A DNA stretch of 62,673 nucleotides from a virus (IMGVR_UViG_3300010397_000009:1-62673), one strand, 5' to 3'. Positions 29,817 to 38,965 are shown, counted from the first letter of the stretch. Made by a program: numbers and translations. Notes: generated by a model from the sequence alone, not told the origin.

Positions 29817-29842
29817 AGTAACCTAGAAACGGGCAAACAGCT

Positions 29843-29883
29843 GCGCGGGCCCTGTGGTTCCCTTAGGAAGACAGGGTCCGCGC
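29843..29883 (-). terminator. Stem-loop after the bldC-like gene
   Basis: GCGCGGGCCCTGT / ACAGGGTCCGCGC. Confidence 0.55.
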
Positions 29884-29888
29884 TACTG

Positions 29889-30110
29889 TCAAACCGTTTC
29901 GGGAGTGTCTGGTCCTAGAAGGGCGAAGACGTCCGACATGTAGAAGCGTCGGTGCCCACCTGGGGTCAGAATCGACTTAAGCTTACCTGCAGTCGCCCAC
30001 CGACTGACGGTCTTCGGGTCGACACGGAACAGTGCAGCCACTTCACCCGGTGTTAGTAGACGATCGGGTTGCATGAGTGCCACACGCTCACTTGCCGTAA
30101 GTGTGCTCAT
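29889..30110 (-). CDS. bldC: BldC-family MerR-like DNA-binding protein
   Basis: LLTPGEVAALFRVDPKTVSRWATAGKLKSILTPGGHRRF closely matches the Streptomyces BldC core as I recall it. Confidence 0.88.
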   Translation of the reverse strand: MSTLTASERVALMQPDRLLTPGEVAALFRVDPKTVSRWATAGKLKSILTPGGHRRFYMSDVFALLGPDTPETV

Positions 30111-30123
30111 TAGTTCCTCACAA

Positions 30124-30519
30124 CTATCGGGTAATGTTCAAATTGGGGTGCTTCGCTAGCCATTCCACGTGTTCCTGAGTTGAGATGTAAACGAATGTAC
30201 GCAAGTCGCGTGGATGCTTTGCCACGTCAAGAAGGTTGTTCGGCATCTGCTGACGGCCAGGAGCCGGCTTGTTACAGCAAGTGTTGACCCACCAACCCAG
30301 CTTTGCGCCTCGAGCAGGTGCTTTTGGGTTAGCACATGTGCAGAATGAAGTCGGGTATGCGTACAAACCCATCACGTCTGCTTTGAGCTCGACCATATGG
30401 TACTCGCCGGTCTCAGGATCAGTTGCAGCGAAGACGGTCTTGCCATCGATGATTGACTGAATGTACTGCTCAGCCTGCTTGTCATCCGGAATGGCTAGCA
30501 GGACGTATCGTGCTCCCAT
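30124..30519 (-). CDS. Hypothetical Cys-containing protein
   Basis: PTSFCTC...WWVNTCCNKP. Confidence 0.6.
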   Translation of the reverse strand: MGARYVLLAIPDDKQAEQYIQSIIDGKTVFAATDPETGEYHMVELKADVMGLYAYPTSFCTCANPKAPARGAKLGWWVNTCCNKPAPGRQQMPNNLLDVAKHPRDLRTFVYISTQEHVEWLAKHPNLNITR

Positions 30520-30709
30520 TGTTTCCCTCCATCCATGGATACCAACCGTCTGCTGTTTCGTATACGTCTAAGCGTTCGTAAGTCGCATTAGGCTTATCAG
30601 CGGTCATATTAATGACCTCTTCGGGGTCACGCGACTCACACCACATAGTGCCATCTTCAAGCAGCGATCGATAGTAAGATCGAACTAACTTAAACTTAGA
30701 CTCTGTCAT
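30482..30709 (-). CDS. Hypothetical protein
   Basis: GGAGGT RBS; ORF in operon. Confidence 0.6.
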   Translation of the reverse strand: MTESKFKLVRSYYRSLLEDGTMWCESRDPEEVINMTADKPNATYERLDVYETADGWYPWMEGNNGSTIRPASHSG

Positions 30710-30833
30710 CCCACCTCCTTATCGATGTGAATGTTATTGACGGTGTGCCCTGTTCTCGACAAACGATAAACTACTACGGCAGCTCCAACGAGGACAACAG
30801 ATGCGGGCAAGAGCCACTTCATGAATCGACGTG

Positions 30834-31265
30834 TCATGCTGTCACGTCCGCTTGTGCGACCTCAATGAAGACACCGTTGTCTATGGTGTAGTATTCGTGC
30901 TGCGTACCGACACATGTGGCATGGGGACTATGTGACTTGCCTTCCGATACGTTGTAACGAGTGTGGTGGTGAATCACACTCTCTTCGTGTGCGCCGCGAA
31001 AGGAGCCAGTGCCATTAAGACGCTGCTGTGCTTCCTCGCGTATCTTCGAAAGGTCGAGTTCCTTCGGATTGCCGTAGTAGTAGTGGTGCATTCCCCAGCC
31101 TTTCCCACGATTGGGATCGTACACGATCCGTTGAATTGTGCGTACGCTTACTTCATGCCACGCGGCAAGTTGTTCCACGACTTCTTGTGCCGTAAGCTTG
31201 CCACGTCTTTTGAACCTATACCTGATCTGTGCTGCTTGGTGTCGGTCAAGGAGCCTGTACGTCAT
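30834..31265 (-). CDS. HTH-containing protein
   Basis: EQLAAWHEVSVRTIQRIV helix-turn-helix. Confidence 0.6.
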   Translation of the reverse strand: MTYRLLDRHQAAQIRYRFKRRGKLTAQEVVEQLAAWHEVSVRTIQRIVYDPNRGKGWGMHHYYYGNPKELDLSKIREEAQQRLNGTGSFRGAHEESVIHHHTRYNVSEGKSHSPHATCVGTQHEYYTIDNGVFIEVAQADVTA

Positions 31266-31302
31266 CAGATCACCACACCGCCTTGGACGGGTATTACTTG
31301 CG

Positions 31303-32127
31303 CTAGCTGTGATATAGCCCGTGCGGGTCTGAGAAGAGCGCAGTGAACGCTTCTGGTACCGAGTGTCCGCCAACAGCGAACATCCCCTGCACTGGTGCCC
31401 ATGCTTCGTACGCACGTCCTGCCATTACGACCCGAGCGGCATCCGCACCAATTGCGTTGACGCGTGCGACCGTAAGTCCAATGAACGACGATCCGTGGAG
31501 CTCCCACAGGATGAAGTACCGGCTCGAGCGCAACCACGTTGGTGCATCCACTGCGATGTTGTGCAGAGCGTTCCCGATCGCGAGATGATCGGGGTGATCC
31601 TCCGCGACGGTCTTGTACGTGTGCCCCTTCAGGTCGATCTGTCCACCGTATTGGTTCACGATCGTTTGAGCGTAGTTTTCCACTGCCGTTTGAACGCTAG
31701 TTGTGTCCACGCCACCATCTGGCAGTGACAAGTAGATGAACTCATCTACCTGCAGTGTCCGCATGGCGGTCTCGAACTCGCGGCGTCGAGCAGCCTTGAT
31801 GTCGTCTTGTGTTAGCGGTGCATAGTCCTCTGCGGTTGGGTTGTGCGTGTAGCCCGCCCAACTGGACGTTCCACTACCGTTCAGTAGATCCCGTACACCC
31901 GTAGCCTCGCCGTCAGTAACCATGATGACGAAGACCTTCTTGCCGGAGGCCTTCTCCGCAGCGATCGCTGCACCGCCACCGAGCGTATCGTCATCTGGAT
32001 GTGCCCAGACGAACAGCGAGTGGAACACTGTTGTCGTAGTGGTAGTGGTTGTTTTCGGTTTCGGTGATGGTAGTACCGCAGCAGTAGTCGCAGCAACACC
32101 CCCGATTAGCACTGTACGCCGATCCAT
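31303..32127 (-). CDS. PIG-L/LmbE-family deacetylase with Tat signal peptide
   Basis: MDRRTVLIGG twin-Arg signal; AHPDD, VTDGE, RRREF, LPDG, HPDH motifs. Confidence 0.85.
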   Translation of the reverse strand: MDRRTVLIGGVAATTAAVLPSPKPKTTTTTTTTVFHSLFVWAHPDDDTLGGGAAIAAEKASGKKVFVIMVTDGEATGVRDLLNGSGTSSWAGYTHNPTAEDYAPLTQDDIKAARRREFETAMRTLQVDEFIYLSLPDGGVDTTSVQTAVENYAQTIVNQYGGQIDLKGHTYKTVAEDHPDHLAIGNALHNIAVDAPTWLRSSRYFILWELHGSSFIGLTVARVNAIGADAARVVMAGRAYEAWAPVQGMFAVGGHSVPEAFTALFSDPHGLYHS

Positions 32128-32174
32128 GTTATGCTTCTCTCGTTGTTTGTACGTTTGGCTCGCTCGATTGTCAT

Positions 32175-32375
32175 TTACTCTTCCTCCGCAGTTTTGATCT
32201 GACCCGTCAGCATGAGCATCATGTTTGTGTTGGTCAGGGTGAGCGCTTCGTCTGGACTGAATCCAGCTTCCTTGAACTCTCCAAACAGATCAAAGAGTAG
32301 TCCGGCAAAAACCCTTATCGGAGTGCCTTGCATGGCGCCCTCAATAAGGGCTCTTGCCTTGTCGTCGTCATTCAA
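32175..32375 (-). CDS. Hypothetical protein
   Basis: EAGFSPDEALTL motif. Confidence 0.55.
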   Translation of the reverse strand: MNDDDKARALIEGAMQGTPIRVFAGLLFDLFGEFKEAGFSPDEALTLTNTNMMLMLTGQIKTAEEE

Positions 32376-32752
32376 TTTCGTGCCCTTCGTCGACTGCGCA
32401 TTCGCCGCACAGCATCATCCAACCTGTCCAGTAGGCGTTGTCGCCGTCTTCAATATCATCAGCACACATACCGCACAGGCGATGCCCAACGATCTCGTGC
32501 CAACCGACTTCAAGGCTCACTGACGAATGTCCATCCAAATCTGTAGATACGGAACTAGACTCATGCTGTTTGTTGCTTGGACAGACATTTGCTCCCAGGC
32601 GGCTTCCTCTCCTGGAAAGCTTTGGTGGATCAACGAACTCAATTCATCAAGGCTGATGTCCATGACGTAGTTGCCGTTTGCTTCGTCGATGATGTCCCAG
32701 ATTTTGAATTCGTCATCAGATTCGTTTTCGTTCGGACTGAGCTTGTAAACCA

Positions 32753-32944
32753 CTACGCATCCTGGAATGAATCGTGGATGATTGCCTGACGGAAGGCTTG
32801 CCACTCGTTTTCGTCGAACTTCAAGATCGGACTCGCATCCCCAAGCTTGGAGTCGCGGATGAGGACCTTGTCTTCCGTCTGTGCCTCTTCGACGCAACCG
32901 TCCGAATTGCAGAACGACGACTTCACGAACACAGGTTCAGTCAT
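32753..32944 (-). CDS. DUF397 (BldB-like) protein 1
   Basis: KSSFC..DGCVE...IRDSK....P.L.F...EW.AF. Confidence 0.88.
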   Translation of the reverse strand: MTEPVFVKSSFCNSDGCVEEAQTEDKVLIRDSKLGDASPILKFDENEWQAFRQAIIHDSFQDA

Positions 32945-33023
32945 GGTGCTCCTATCGGGTTAGGGCCGAGTTGCCCGAGTCGCCTACGGTTTGGAGTGCC
33001 GTAGACGAGTGCGCACTACTCGG

Positions 33024-34565
33024 TTATACGTATGCACCTTCCGGTTTAATTTTAGCGTCCTTATCACCTAGCAGGCGCTTGATGAAGTTCCAGCTCGATT
33101 CGATCCTCTGAAGACGACCAGCATCGATGGTATCACGTGCTATGATGTCGATGATGTGGACCGCGTTCTTCTGACCAATGCGATGGCAGCGATCTTCGGC
33201 CTGATGATTATGAGCAGGTGACCAAGCCCGATCAATGAATATAACCGTGGACGCTGCTGTAAGAGTGAGTCCGACACCTCCTGCGCTGATAGTCCCAGCG
33301 AATACACGCAACCTACCAGCCTGGAATTCCTTAACAATTGTACCACGCGCTTCTTGTGAGGTATCCCCAGTAAGAATACCATGCTCGATCCCTTTGTTCT
33401 CGAGACGGCGAGCCAGGAGGTTAATGATCTGCTTCGACTGGCTGAAGACGACGAATTGTTTGTCGGGGTTGTCACGTAGAATCTCCATCACGGCATCGAG
33501 CTTTGAGCTCGGTTCGATTAGAGTGACCTTGTTGACGACCTTCTCGTCCCAGACCTTATCACAGATCAGGTCGCCATCATCGTTGTAGCACTTCTGTTCG
33601 TCCGTATTCTCGTGCTCATGTTTCTTACGTACGAGTGTCGGAGTGAACTGTGCATACGCCATAGCGAGTTGCTGAAGTCGTACGAGCTTCGCAATTGCCA
33701 TCGGTGCCGGCAATGGCTCGTCTTCGTGTTCGCCGATCCACGCCAACATTTCATCGCGCATCTCATTGTAGACGCGGCGCTGTTGGGGATCAAGCTCGAC
33801 GGTGATCCTGCTGTAGTACTTCTCTGGGAGATCCGGAAGTACTTCTTCCTTCAGGCGCCTGATGTAGTAAGGCGCGATCTCACCGAGCAGTTCATTCTCG
33901 TGTGCAACACCGATGATCACCTTGAAGGCATTCTTGTGTTCTTTTCCGCAGAGGACTCCATTAGGATTAGCCATGCAGAAGTCACTCTTTTGGTGCTGTA
34001 CATAGATAACGTGGTGATCGAAGAAGCGGTTGTACGAACTGAATCGTTTCTTATCACACCAGTTAAGGAGCGACCAGAATTGCTCAGGTCGCGTAGTGCA
34101 AGGTGTACCCGTAAGCAGTGTCAAGTACTGACGCTTGATCTTCTTCGAGCGCATCGTAACTTGTGCTTCACGATTTGCAGCGCGATGTGCTTCGTCAGCG
34201 AGGATGTGGAACCAGGGATAAGTAGCGAGCTCAGGCAGGAGTCGCACGACGTCCCAGTGCATGATGTAGACGTCGTGCGACCCAGCCTTTACCTGAGCTA
34301 GGAACGAACCTCGGTCCTTCGGGTCAAGTGAGGTGACCTTCAGGTGCGGCTGCCATTCCGCAAAATGTTCAACCCAGACTGGGACAACGCTCTTGGGCGC
34401 GATGACCAAAGTCTTCTTAGCACCTGGATGCTTCTTGCGTCGTTCAGCATCTAGAGCCATGCCTTCGATCGTTTTACCCAAGCCCATGTCGTCTGCTACA
34501 ATGCAGAACGGTTGATCAACGAGTTTGTTGACGCACACTTCTTGGAACGGCAGCAGCTTGCCCAT
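33024..34565 (-). CDS. SNF2-family helicase
   Basis: DDMGLGKT, DEAH, LTGTP, RRLKEEV, GGVGLTL, QAEDRCHRIGQ. Confidence 0.95.
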   Translation of the reverse strand: MGKLLPFQEVCVNKLVDQPFCIVADDMGLGKTIEGMALDAERRKKHPGAKKTLVIAPKSVVPVWVEHFAEWQPHLKVTSLDPKDRGSFLAQVKAGSHDVYIMHWDVVRLLPELATYPWFHILADEAHRAANREAQVTMRSKKIKRQYLTLLTGTPCTTRPEQFWSLLNWCDKKRFSSYNRFFDHHVIYVQHQKSDFCMANPNGVLCGKEHKNAFKVIIGVAHENELLGEIAPYYIRRLKEEVLPDLPEKYYSRITVELDPQQRRVYNEMRDEMLAWIGEHEDEPLPAPMAIAKLVRLQQLAMAYAQFTPTLVRKKHEHENTDEQKCYNDDGDLICDKVWDEKVVNKVTLIEPSSKLDAVMEILRDNPDKQFVVFSQSKQIINLLARRLENKGIEHGILTGDTSQEARGTIVKEFQAGRLRVFAGTISAGGVGLTLTAASTVIFIDRAWSPAHNHQAEDRCHRIGQKNAVHIIDIIARDTIDAGRLQRIESSWNFIKRLLGDKDAKIKPEGAYV

Positions 34566-34567
34566 GG

Positions 34568-35242
34568 TTAGTTTTCTTCCTCCACGTCGTAGAATCGGAC
34601 GTTACTCAGCGGGATCTCGGTACGCGGAACTCCTCGACCAATCACCAGCAAGTTACGGTTGGGGTCGATCTTCCATCCAGTGGAATGGAAAGTCGGGAAG
34701 CGTCGTATATCCCAGTCCCAGTAGGTGATGGTCAGGTAGACGACTCGCTCCGTCATGTTAATCGCTTCGGCGATCTGCTCAAGCGCCGTTACCTCTTCAG
34801 GCAACAGGAGCGCCTTGCTGTCATCCTCGACGATGGTGTTCGGGTCACGGCCCTCAGCCAGCGCAACCGCGTCAGCCTTAGCAATGTGCTCCTTGAGGAC
34901 AGGATTACCCTTGTCGTCCAAGGTGAAGTTCATGCACGGGGTGAACATGCAGTCGTGACCAAACACCTTCGTGTGCTTGCGCTCCTGGTGTCGCGCGAAC
35001 GCAACCTTAGGATCACGAAGCTTGTAGCCCGGCACATGCTTAGAGGCATTCTTCGCCTCGTTCTTGTGCTTGCGCTGATGTGCGTTGAGTCCGGTTAGGG
35101 TTAGCGAGCGGAAGTCGCACTTCTTGCACTGCAGAGGATCGGTCTCCTCTGTCTTGTTACTCTTCTGCGTCGGAATCTTCCCCACCTCGAACCTCACTTC
35201 TGGAATCCGCTTCGAACCCGAAGCTTTCGTCTGCCTTGGCAA
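34568..35242 (-). CDS. C2H2 zinc-finger protein
   Basis: CKKCDFRSLTLTGLNAHQRKH = C-x2-C-x12-H-x3-H. Confidence 0.65.
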   Translation of the reverse strand: MPRQTKASGSKRIPEVRFEVGKIPTQKSNKTEETDPLQCKKCDFRSLTLTGLNAHQRKHKNEAKNASKHVPGYKLRDPKVAFARHQERKHTKVFGHDCMFTPCMNFTLDDKGNPVLKEHIAKADAVALAEGRDPNTIVEDDSKALLLPEEVTALEQIAEAINMTERVVYLTITYWDWDIRRFPTFHSTGWKIDPNRNLLVIGRGVPRTEIPLSNVRFYDVEEEN

Positions 35243-35435
35243 CGTCGATCACTTTCCTTCCACAAAGGCAACGTTCGATTTCCAATTTTCCGTTGCGAAT
35301 TTTTTGGTAAACGCGCTGAGGGGCTATTCCCCGAAGTTTGCCATAGTCGATTGGTGTCAACTTAGATTCGAGTTCAGCCCTGTCAGCGCGTTCGTCATCT
35401 TCGATCTGTTTGAAAAAGTCATCAATCGACGACAT
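35157..35435 (-). CDS. Excisionase/MerR-like HTH protein
   Basis: LTPIDYGKLRGIAPQRVYQKIRNGKL + CxCG wing. Confidence 0.7.
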   Translation of the reverse strand: MSSIDDFFKQIEDDERADRAELESKLTPIDYGKLRGIAPQRVYQKIRNGKLEIERCLCGRKVIDVAKADESFGFEADSRSEVRGGEDSDAEE

Positions 35436-35447
35436 GTGCGTTCCTTA

Positions 35448-36194
35448 CTAGCGGGTGGTACGGGTACTCCGCGAAAGGCTCTTGCTAGCGGTCTTCTTAG
35501 CCGGCTTCGGAGCCTCGAGCACACCAGCAGCGTTGAAGTCGCTGTCGAAGTGTGCGAGCTCCAGCGCGTCGAACGGAACCGACAGGTTGAAGTCGTGGCC
35601 GCTGACGAGCCAGAGCGCGAGGTCCTTCCAGGTGTACTGACGAGCACCCTGGGTCGGACCGCTCAGGTACCAGAGATTGTTAACCTTGATCGCGCCGTAG
35701 AGGAACTTGACGCCGTCCTTCTCGAACTGCTTCGTGAACCGGAAGATAGTCCCGTTCGGAAAGTCGTCGTCCGGGTACTCCTCGAGCAGAGCCAACTTGT
35801 GCTCGGTCTCTTCCTTCTCCTGCCGATCAAGTAGCATCTGTGCCAGCTTGGCGTCGACATTGGTCATACCCATTGCCTTGTTCTCCCTCGCTCGTTTCAT
35901 TTCCATTAGGTTAGCCACCTGAGCTGAAGTCAAGCGACCTGAATTCATGAACGCTACAGCCAGGTTCTGAAAGACTTCGAGGCTGTAGTTGTCCATATAC
36001 GCACGCATGGATTCAAAGACGTTGACCATCTCAGCCATGGCATGAATCTCTGAACCTTCAGGTGCAGTCCAACGACCCTCATGAAGGTTCAGCTCACGTG
36101 CCTTACGTCCGCGCACCATACGCGCGTAGTCCTCGTAATGAAAGTCACTACGCAGGTCTTTACGTACGTATTCGTTGAAATCGTCGTAGGTCAC
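35448..36194 (-). CDS. Hypothetical protein
   Basis: Long ORF with phage-like codon bias in its 3' half. Confidence 0.6.
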   Translation of the reverse strand: MTYDDFNEYVRKDLRSDFHYEDYARMVRGRKARELNLHEGRWTAPEGSEIHAMAEMVNVFESMRAYMDNYSLEVFQNLAVAFMNSGRLTSAQVANLMEMKRARENKAMGMTNVDAKLAQMLLDRQEKEETEHKLALLEEYPDDDFPNGTIFRFTKQFEKDGVKFLYGAIKVNNLWYLSGPTQGARQYTWKDLALWLVSGHDFNLSVPFDALELAHFDSDFNAAGVLEAPKPAKKTASKSLSRSTRTTR

Positions 36195-36505
36195 GGTTCC
36201 ACCGACCTTAGACTTGTCTCGAACACAAGCTCGTCCCCACGAACCTTACGTGTGAGGTAAACCGCTCCGACAAGACTCTTGTGAATGCTAGTGGACGTCG
36301 TTACCTGTCCAGGATTTCGCGCCTGAACATGATGCACAAGTGCACCTAGCTCTTCGTACGCCTCTTTACGTGTCGTGGCACGCTCGACCTCGGTGGCACG
36401 GAGAATTTCTATCTCCATCCGCGCACGCCAACGCTCGTCACGCTTTTCGCGTGCCTTCTTCAAGAGAGCCTTGACTTCGTCCTCTGTATAGAACTTCAGT
36501 GGCAT
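36191..36505 (-). CDS. Hypothetical protein
   Basis: MPLKFYTEDEV start after AAGGA RBS. Confidence 0.55.
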   Translation of the reverse strand: MPLKFYTEDEVKALLKKAREKRDERWRARMEIEILRATEVERATTRKEAYEELGALVHHVQARNPGQVTTSTSIHKSLVGAVYLTRKVRGDELVFETSLRSVEP

Positions 36506-36506
36506 G

Positions 36507-36689
36507 TTACTTGTCCTTCTTGACGAAGAGTGTGATCGTCGTGCCACAGTCCGGGCAAGGACCCTGCAGTGCGTTACGCTTGTTCTTCGTGACGACCTTC
36601 TGTCCACGGAAGAACTGCTTCACGTTGCACTTCACGCAGTAGCCCTCAGCCTTAGTGGCCTTAGGCTTGCTCTTTGTAAGGAATGTCAT
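36507..36689 (-). CDS. DUF5679-like basic zinc-ribbon protein
   Basis: YCVKC...KN.R.A..G.CPDCGT. Confidence 0.75.
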   Translation of the reverse strand: MTFLTKSKPKATKAEGYCVKCNVKQFFRGQKVVTKNKRNALQGPCPDCGTTITLFVKKDK

Positions 36690-36785
36690 GTTATCCTCCT
36701 CTCGATCGGTAACTCCCTAGGGCCTCCGTACAATACGGGCAATACGGGGACCCCAGCCAATCACGGATCTCCACACGGACTGTGT

Positions 36786-36986
36786 TCAGTCGAGCGGTGT
36801 TTCAGTGCCAGGAAGGAGTCCCATGATGATCGACTTGCGGAAGGCTAGCCACTCGTCTTCGTTGAACTGAATGACAGGACTGTTGTCTCCGAGCTTGCTG
36901 TCGCGAATCAGTGTGTCAGTGCCTTGCGCAGCTACCTCCACACACCCATCCGCATTGCAGGCGGACGACTTCTTCCACTCTGGCAT
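36786..36986 (-). CDS. DUF397 (BldB-like) protein 2
   Basis: WKKSSAC..DGCVEVA...IRDSK...EWLAF. Confidence 0.9.
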   Translation of the reverse strand: MPEWKKSSACNADGCVEVAAQGTDTLIRDSKLGDNSPVIQFNEDEWLAFRKSIIMGLLPGTETPLD

Positions 36987-37177
36987 TACAATTCCCCTGC
37001 TAGCACGGCTTGGCGAATTGCGTTGTAGGTGGCCTGCTCGATTTCGATCACTGGACTGTCCTCACCGATCTTCGAGTCGCGCATCAACACGACATCGTCG
37101 GTGAAAGCCAGCTCAACACATCCGTCGGACTGACAGAAACTGGACTTAATGAACTTCGGCGCAGTAGCTATTTCCAC
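36986..37177 (-). CDS. DUF397 (BldB-like) protein 3
   Basis: KSSFC..DGCVELA...MRDSK...AGEL; GTG start after GAGGAGG. Confidence 0.85.
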   Translation of the reverse strand: MEIATAPKFIKSSFCQSDGCVELAFTDDVVLMRDSKIGEDSPVIEIEQATYNAIRQAVLAGEL

Positions 37178-37431
37178 GCTTCTTCCTCCTCCCGCTGCTC
37201 GACATCCTCGGCCACGTTGGCCTTCCATTCTTCCCTCAGGGCGTAGAGTCCGGCGTATTTCTTGCCGAACGCTTCCCGGAGCTGTGTGTACTCCTGTACT
37301 GAAAGTTCGATGAACCCGCGCGGCGTCCCGACCGTAATGATCTCCGTACCTGGATCCAGATCACCCTGATCAGAACCACCAACACCAGTAACATCATACA
37401 GCACATCGATTTCGCTTCCCGGAAGTCTCAT
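37168..37431 (-). CDS. Hypothetical protein
   Basis: AAAGGA RBS + ATG downstream of element copy 3. Confidence 0.55.
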   Translation of the reverse strand: MRLPGSEIDVLYDVTGVGGSDQGDLDPGTEIITVGTPRGFIELSVQEYTQLREAFGKKYAGLYALREEWKANVAEDVEQREEEEAWK

Positions 37432-37478
37432 GTCAGTTCCTTTGGCGGTGTGGAGTTTTGTGTTGTAAGGGGCTCGGT

Positions 37479-37587
37479 GTCTATCTTGAAGTCTAACCTC
37501 GCCGGTCAAGCGGGGCTTATAGCTTATGTAGCTTCGCTATTCCAACTGGTTAGACACCGGTTAGACCGAGTCTATTTTCAGTCTAAA
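37479..37587 (-). repeat. Dispersed AGAC-box/attC-like element, copy 3
   Basis: + strand: GTCTA(37479)-GTCTAAC(37491)-N51-GTTAGAC(37549)-TAGAC(37562)-GTCTA(37570)-GTCTAAA(37581). Confidence 0.9.
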
Positions 37588-37885
37588 CTACTTCTGCTAT
37601 TAGGAGATTCTCGTCCTTCGGGTACAGCATTTCCTTCGACGTCTTCGGACTTAGAACGATGAAAACTTCGTAGCCCATGGCATTGGCAAATCGCGTCAGA
37701 GTTGGCAGTTTGATCTGGCTACCACGTGCAATGCACTTTCGCCACTGCGATGCGATCGACCGCTCTGCGCCCATCTTGTGTGCAAGACGGAGATCAGTTA
37801 TGCCCTTCTGCGTCTTGATTAGATCGAGAATGTGAAACAGTGGTCGAGTGTCCTTAACTGGACCGATCGGAATGTCAATCGGCAT
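37583..37885 (-). CDS. XRE-family HTH protein
   Basis: KGITDLRLAHKMG...IKLPTLTRFANAMGYEV. Confidence 0.7.
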   Translation of the reverse strand: MPIDIPIGPVKDTRPLFHILDLIKTQKGITDLRLAHKMGAERSIASQWRKCIARGSQIKLPTLTRFANAMGYEVFIVLSPKTSKEMLYPKDENLLIAEVV

Positions 37886-38208
37886 CAGCGTCCCCTTACT
37901 TCTCGTCCCTCCAGGGATGCAACATGTGCTGCCTCTGCAGCTGCTCGCATTTGAGCTGCAAGTGCCATATCGGGCTTCGGCATCTGCCGTTGACGCGGTG
38001 CTTCTGGGTCGGGAATGGTGCCATCCGCGTTGACCTGAACCTCCCACGGCGTGTTGTTCCAACGGCACCGTGGGTTGCGACAGTAGAACTTGTGCAGCTT
38101 GGCTCCCTTGGAACCAGACTTGACGGCACGTGTTTCACGTTCGACATGTTCGCCGACCTGGTCGCATCGAGGACAGCGCTTTGCTTCCTCCCAAGTTCCT
38201 GCGGGCAT
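37885..38208 (-). CDS. Zinc-ribbon protein
   Basis: CPRC...CRNPRC. Confidence 0.65.
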   Translation of the reverse strand: MPAGTWEEAKRCPRCDQVGEHVERETRAVKSGSKGAKLHKFYCRNPRCRWNNTPWEVQVNADGTIPDPEAPRQRQMPKPDMALAAQMRAAAEAAHVASLEGREVRGR

Positions 38209-38681
38209 TACTTCGCCTCCTCGGCCATCAGGCTCTCCAAGAGCGCGGTCATTTGTTCCTCGAGCAGGTCTACACGCTTAGTGAGATCGTTTACCTGCTT
38301 TGTGTTCATTGCCGTCTTGCTAGTGGGCTCTCGCCCTGAACCAATCGCGTCCGCCTTCATGTACAGCTCTTCGGTCGGCTCAGTAATCAGTCGCCACTTG
38401 CTCTTCTTCGCGCCACCGCCTCGGGAGACCTGCTCAGCACATCCCATGTTCCGAAGCATCTTTGTTACTGTCGTGTAGTAAGGCGCAGCCATGCCAGCTT
38501 CTGAGAAGAGCGAGGTCAGGTAACCTTCGTAGATGGCATACCCGGTAGCCTCTGTTGAGGTACTACCATCCTTACCCAGGACGTTAATGACCTCCGGTGT
38601 TGAGTCACGCAGCATCTTCTGGTAGATCGTACTGCAGTGCTCGAACATCGCAGGTACAGGGCTATCTGTCGGGTCAGTCAT
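38208..38681 (-). CDS. Winged-helix-like protein with C-terminal coiled coil
   Basis: YYTTVTKMLRNMGCAEQVSRGGG..S.W.L pattern. Confidence 0.6.
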   Translation of the reverse strand: MTDPTDSPVPAMFEHCSTIYQKMLRDSTPEVINVLGKDGSTSTEATGYAIYEGYLTSLFSEAGMAAPYYTTVTKMLRNMGCAEQVSRGGGAKKSKWRLITEPTEELYMKADAIGSGREPTSKTAMNTKQVNDLTKRVDLLEEQMTALLESLMAEEAK

Positions 38682-38910
38682 TATGTGTCACCTCCGTTGC
38701 GTCAAACAATTCCTGGAAGAAGCGGTTCTTATCTCTTTGCCGGTGAACCATGCCCGCATTCTTCTCAAGATCGTCGACGGTGGACCAGTCTCGATTGTCC
38801 TCAAGTTGCTGCAGTGTAGTTGCACCTTCATTAAGTGCCTGGTCGGCCAGCTCGTTAAGGTATTCCTGTTCATCCGCCGTGAATACCTCATCAAGCCTAC
38901 CTGTCTTCAT
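38674..38910 (-). CDS. Hypothetical protein
   Basis: AAGGAG RBS right after promoter. Confidence 0.6.
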   Translation of the reverse strand: MKTGRLDEVFTADEQEYLNELADQALNEGATTLQQLEDNRDWSTVDDLEKNAGMVHRQRDKNRFFQELFDATEVTHND

Positions 38911-38924
38911 TTGTGTCTCCTTTT

Positions 38925-38965
38925 ATTATACTCTGCACCCCTCGTGTACATCACGGGGGCAATTT
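38925..38965 (-). promoter_or_regulatory. Promoter with poor -35 and abutting AAATTGCCC box
   Basis: AAATTGCCC-CC-GTGATG-N18-TATAAT on - strand. Confidence 0.6.

Noticed and set aside
26680-36220. A sixth AGAC element in the 20-kb gap
   Set aside because: Only isolated TTAGAC/GTCTAA words seen (near 29170, 30570, 30696, 36208) without the N51 architecture; my scan was by eye and not exhaustive
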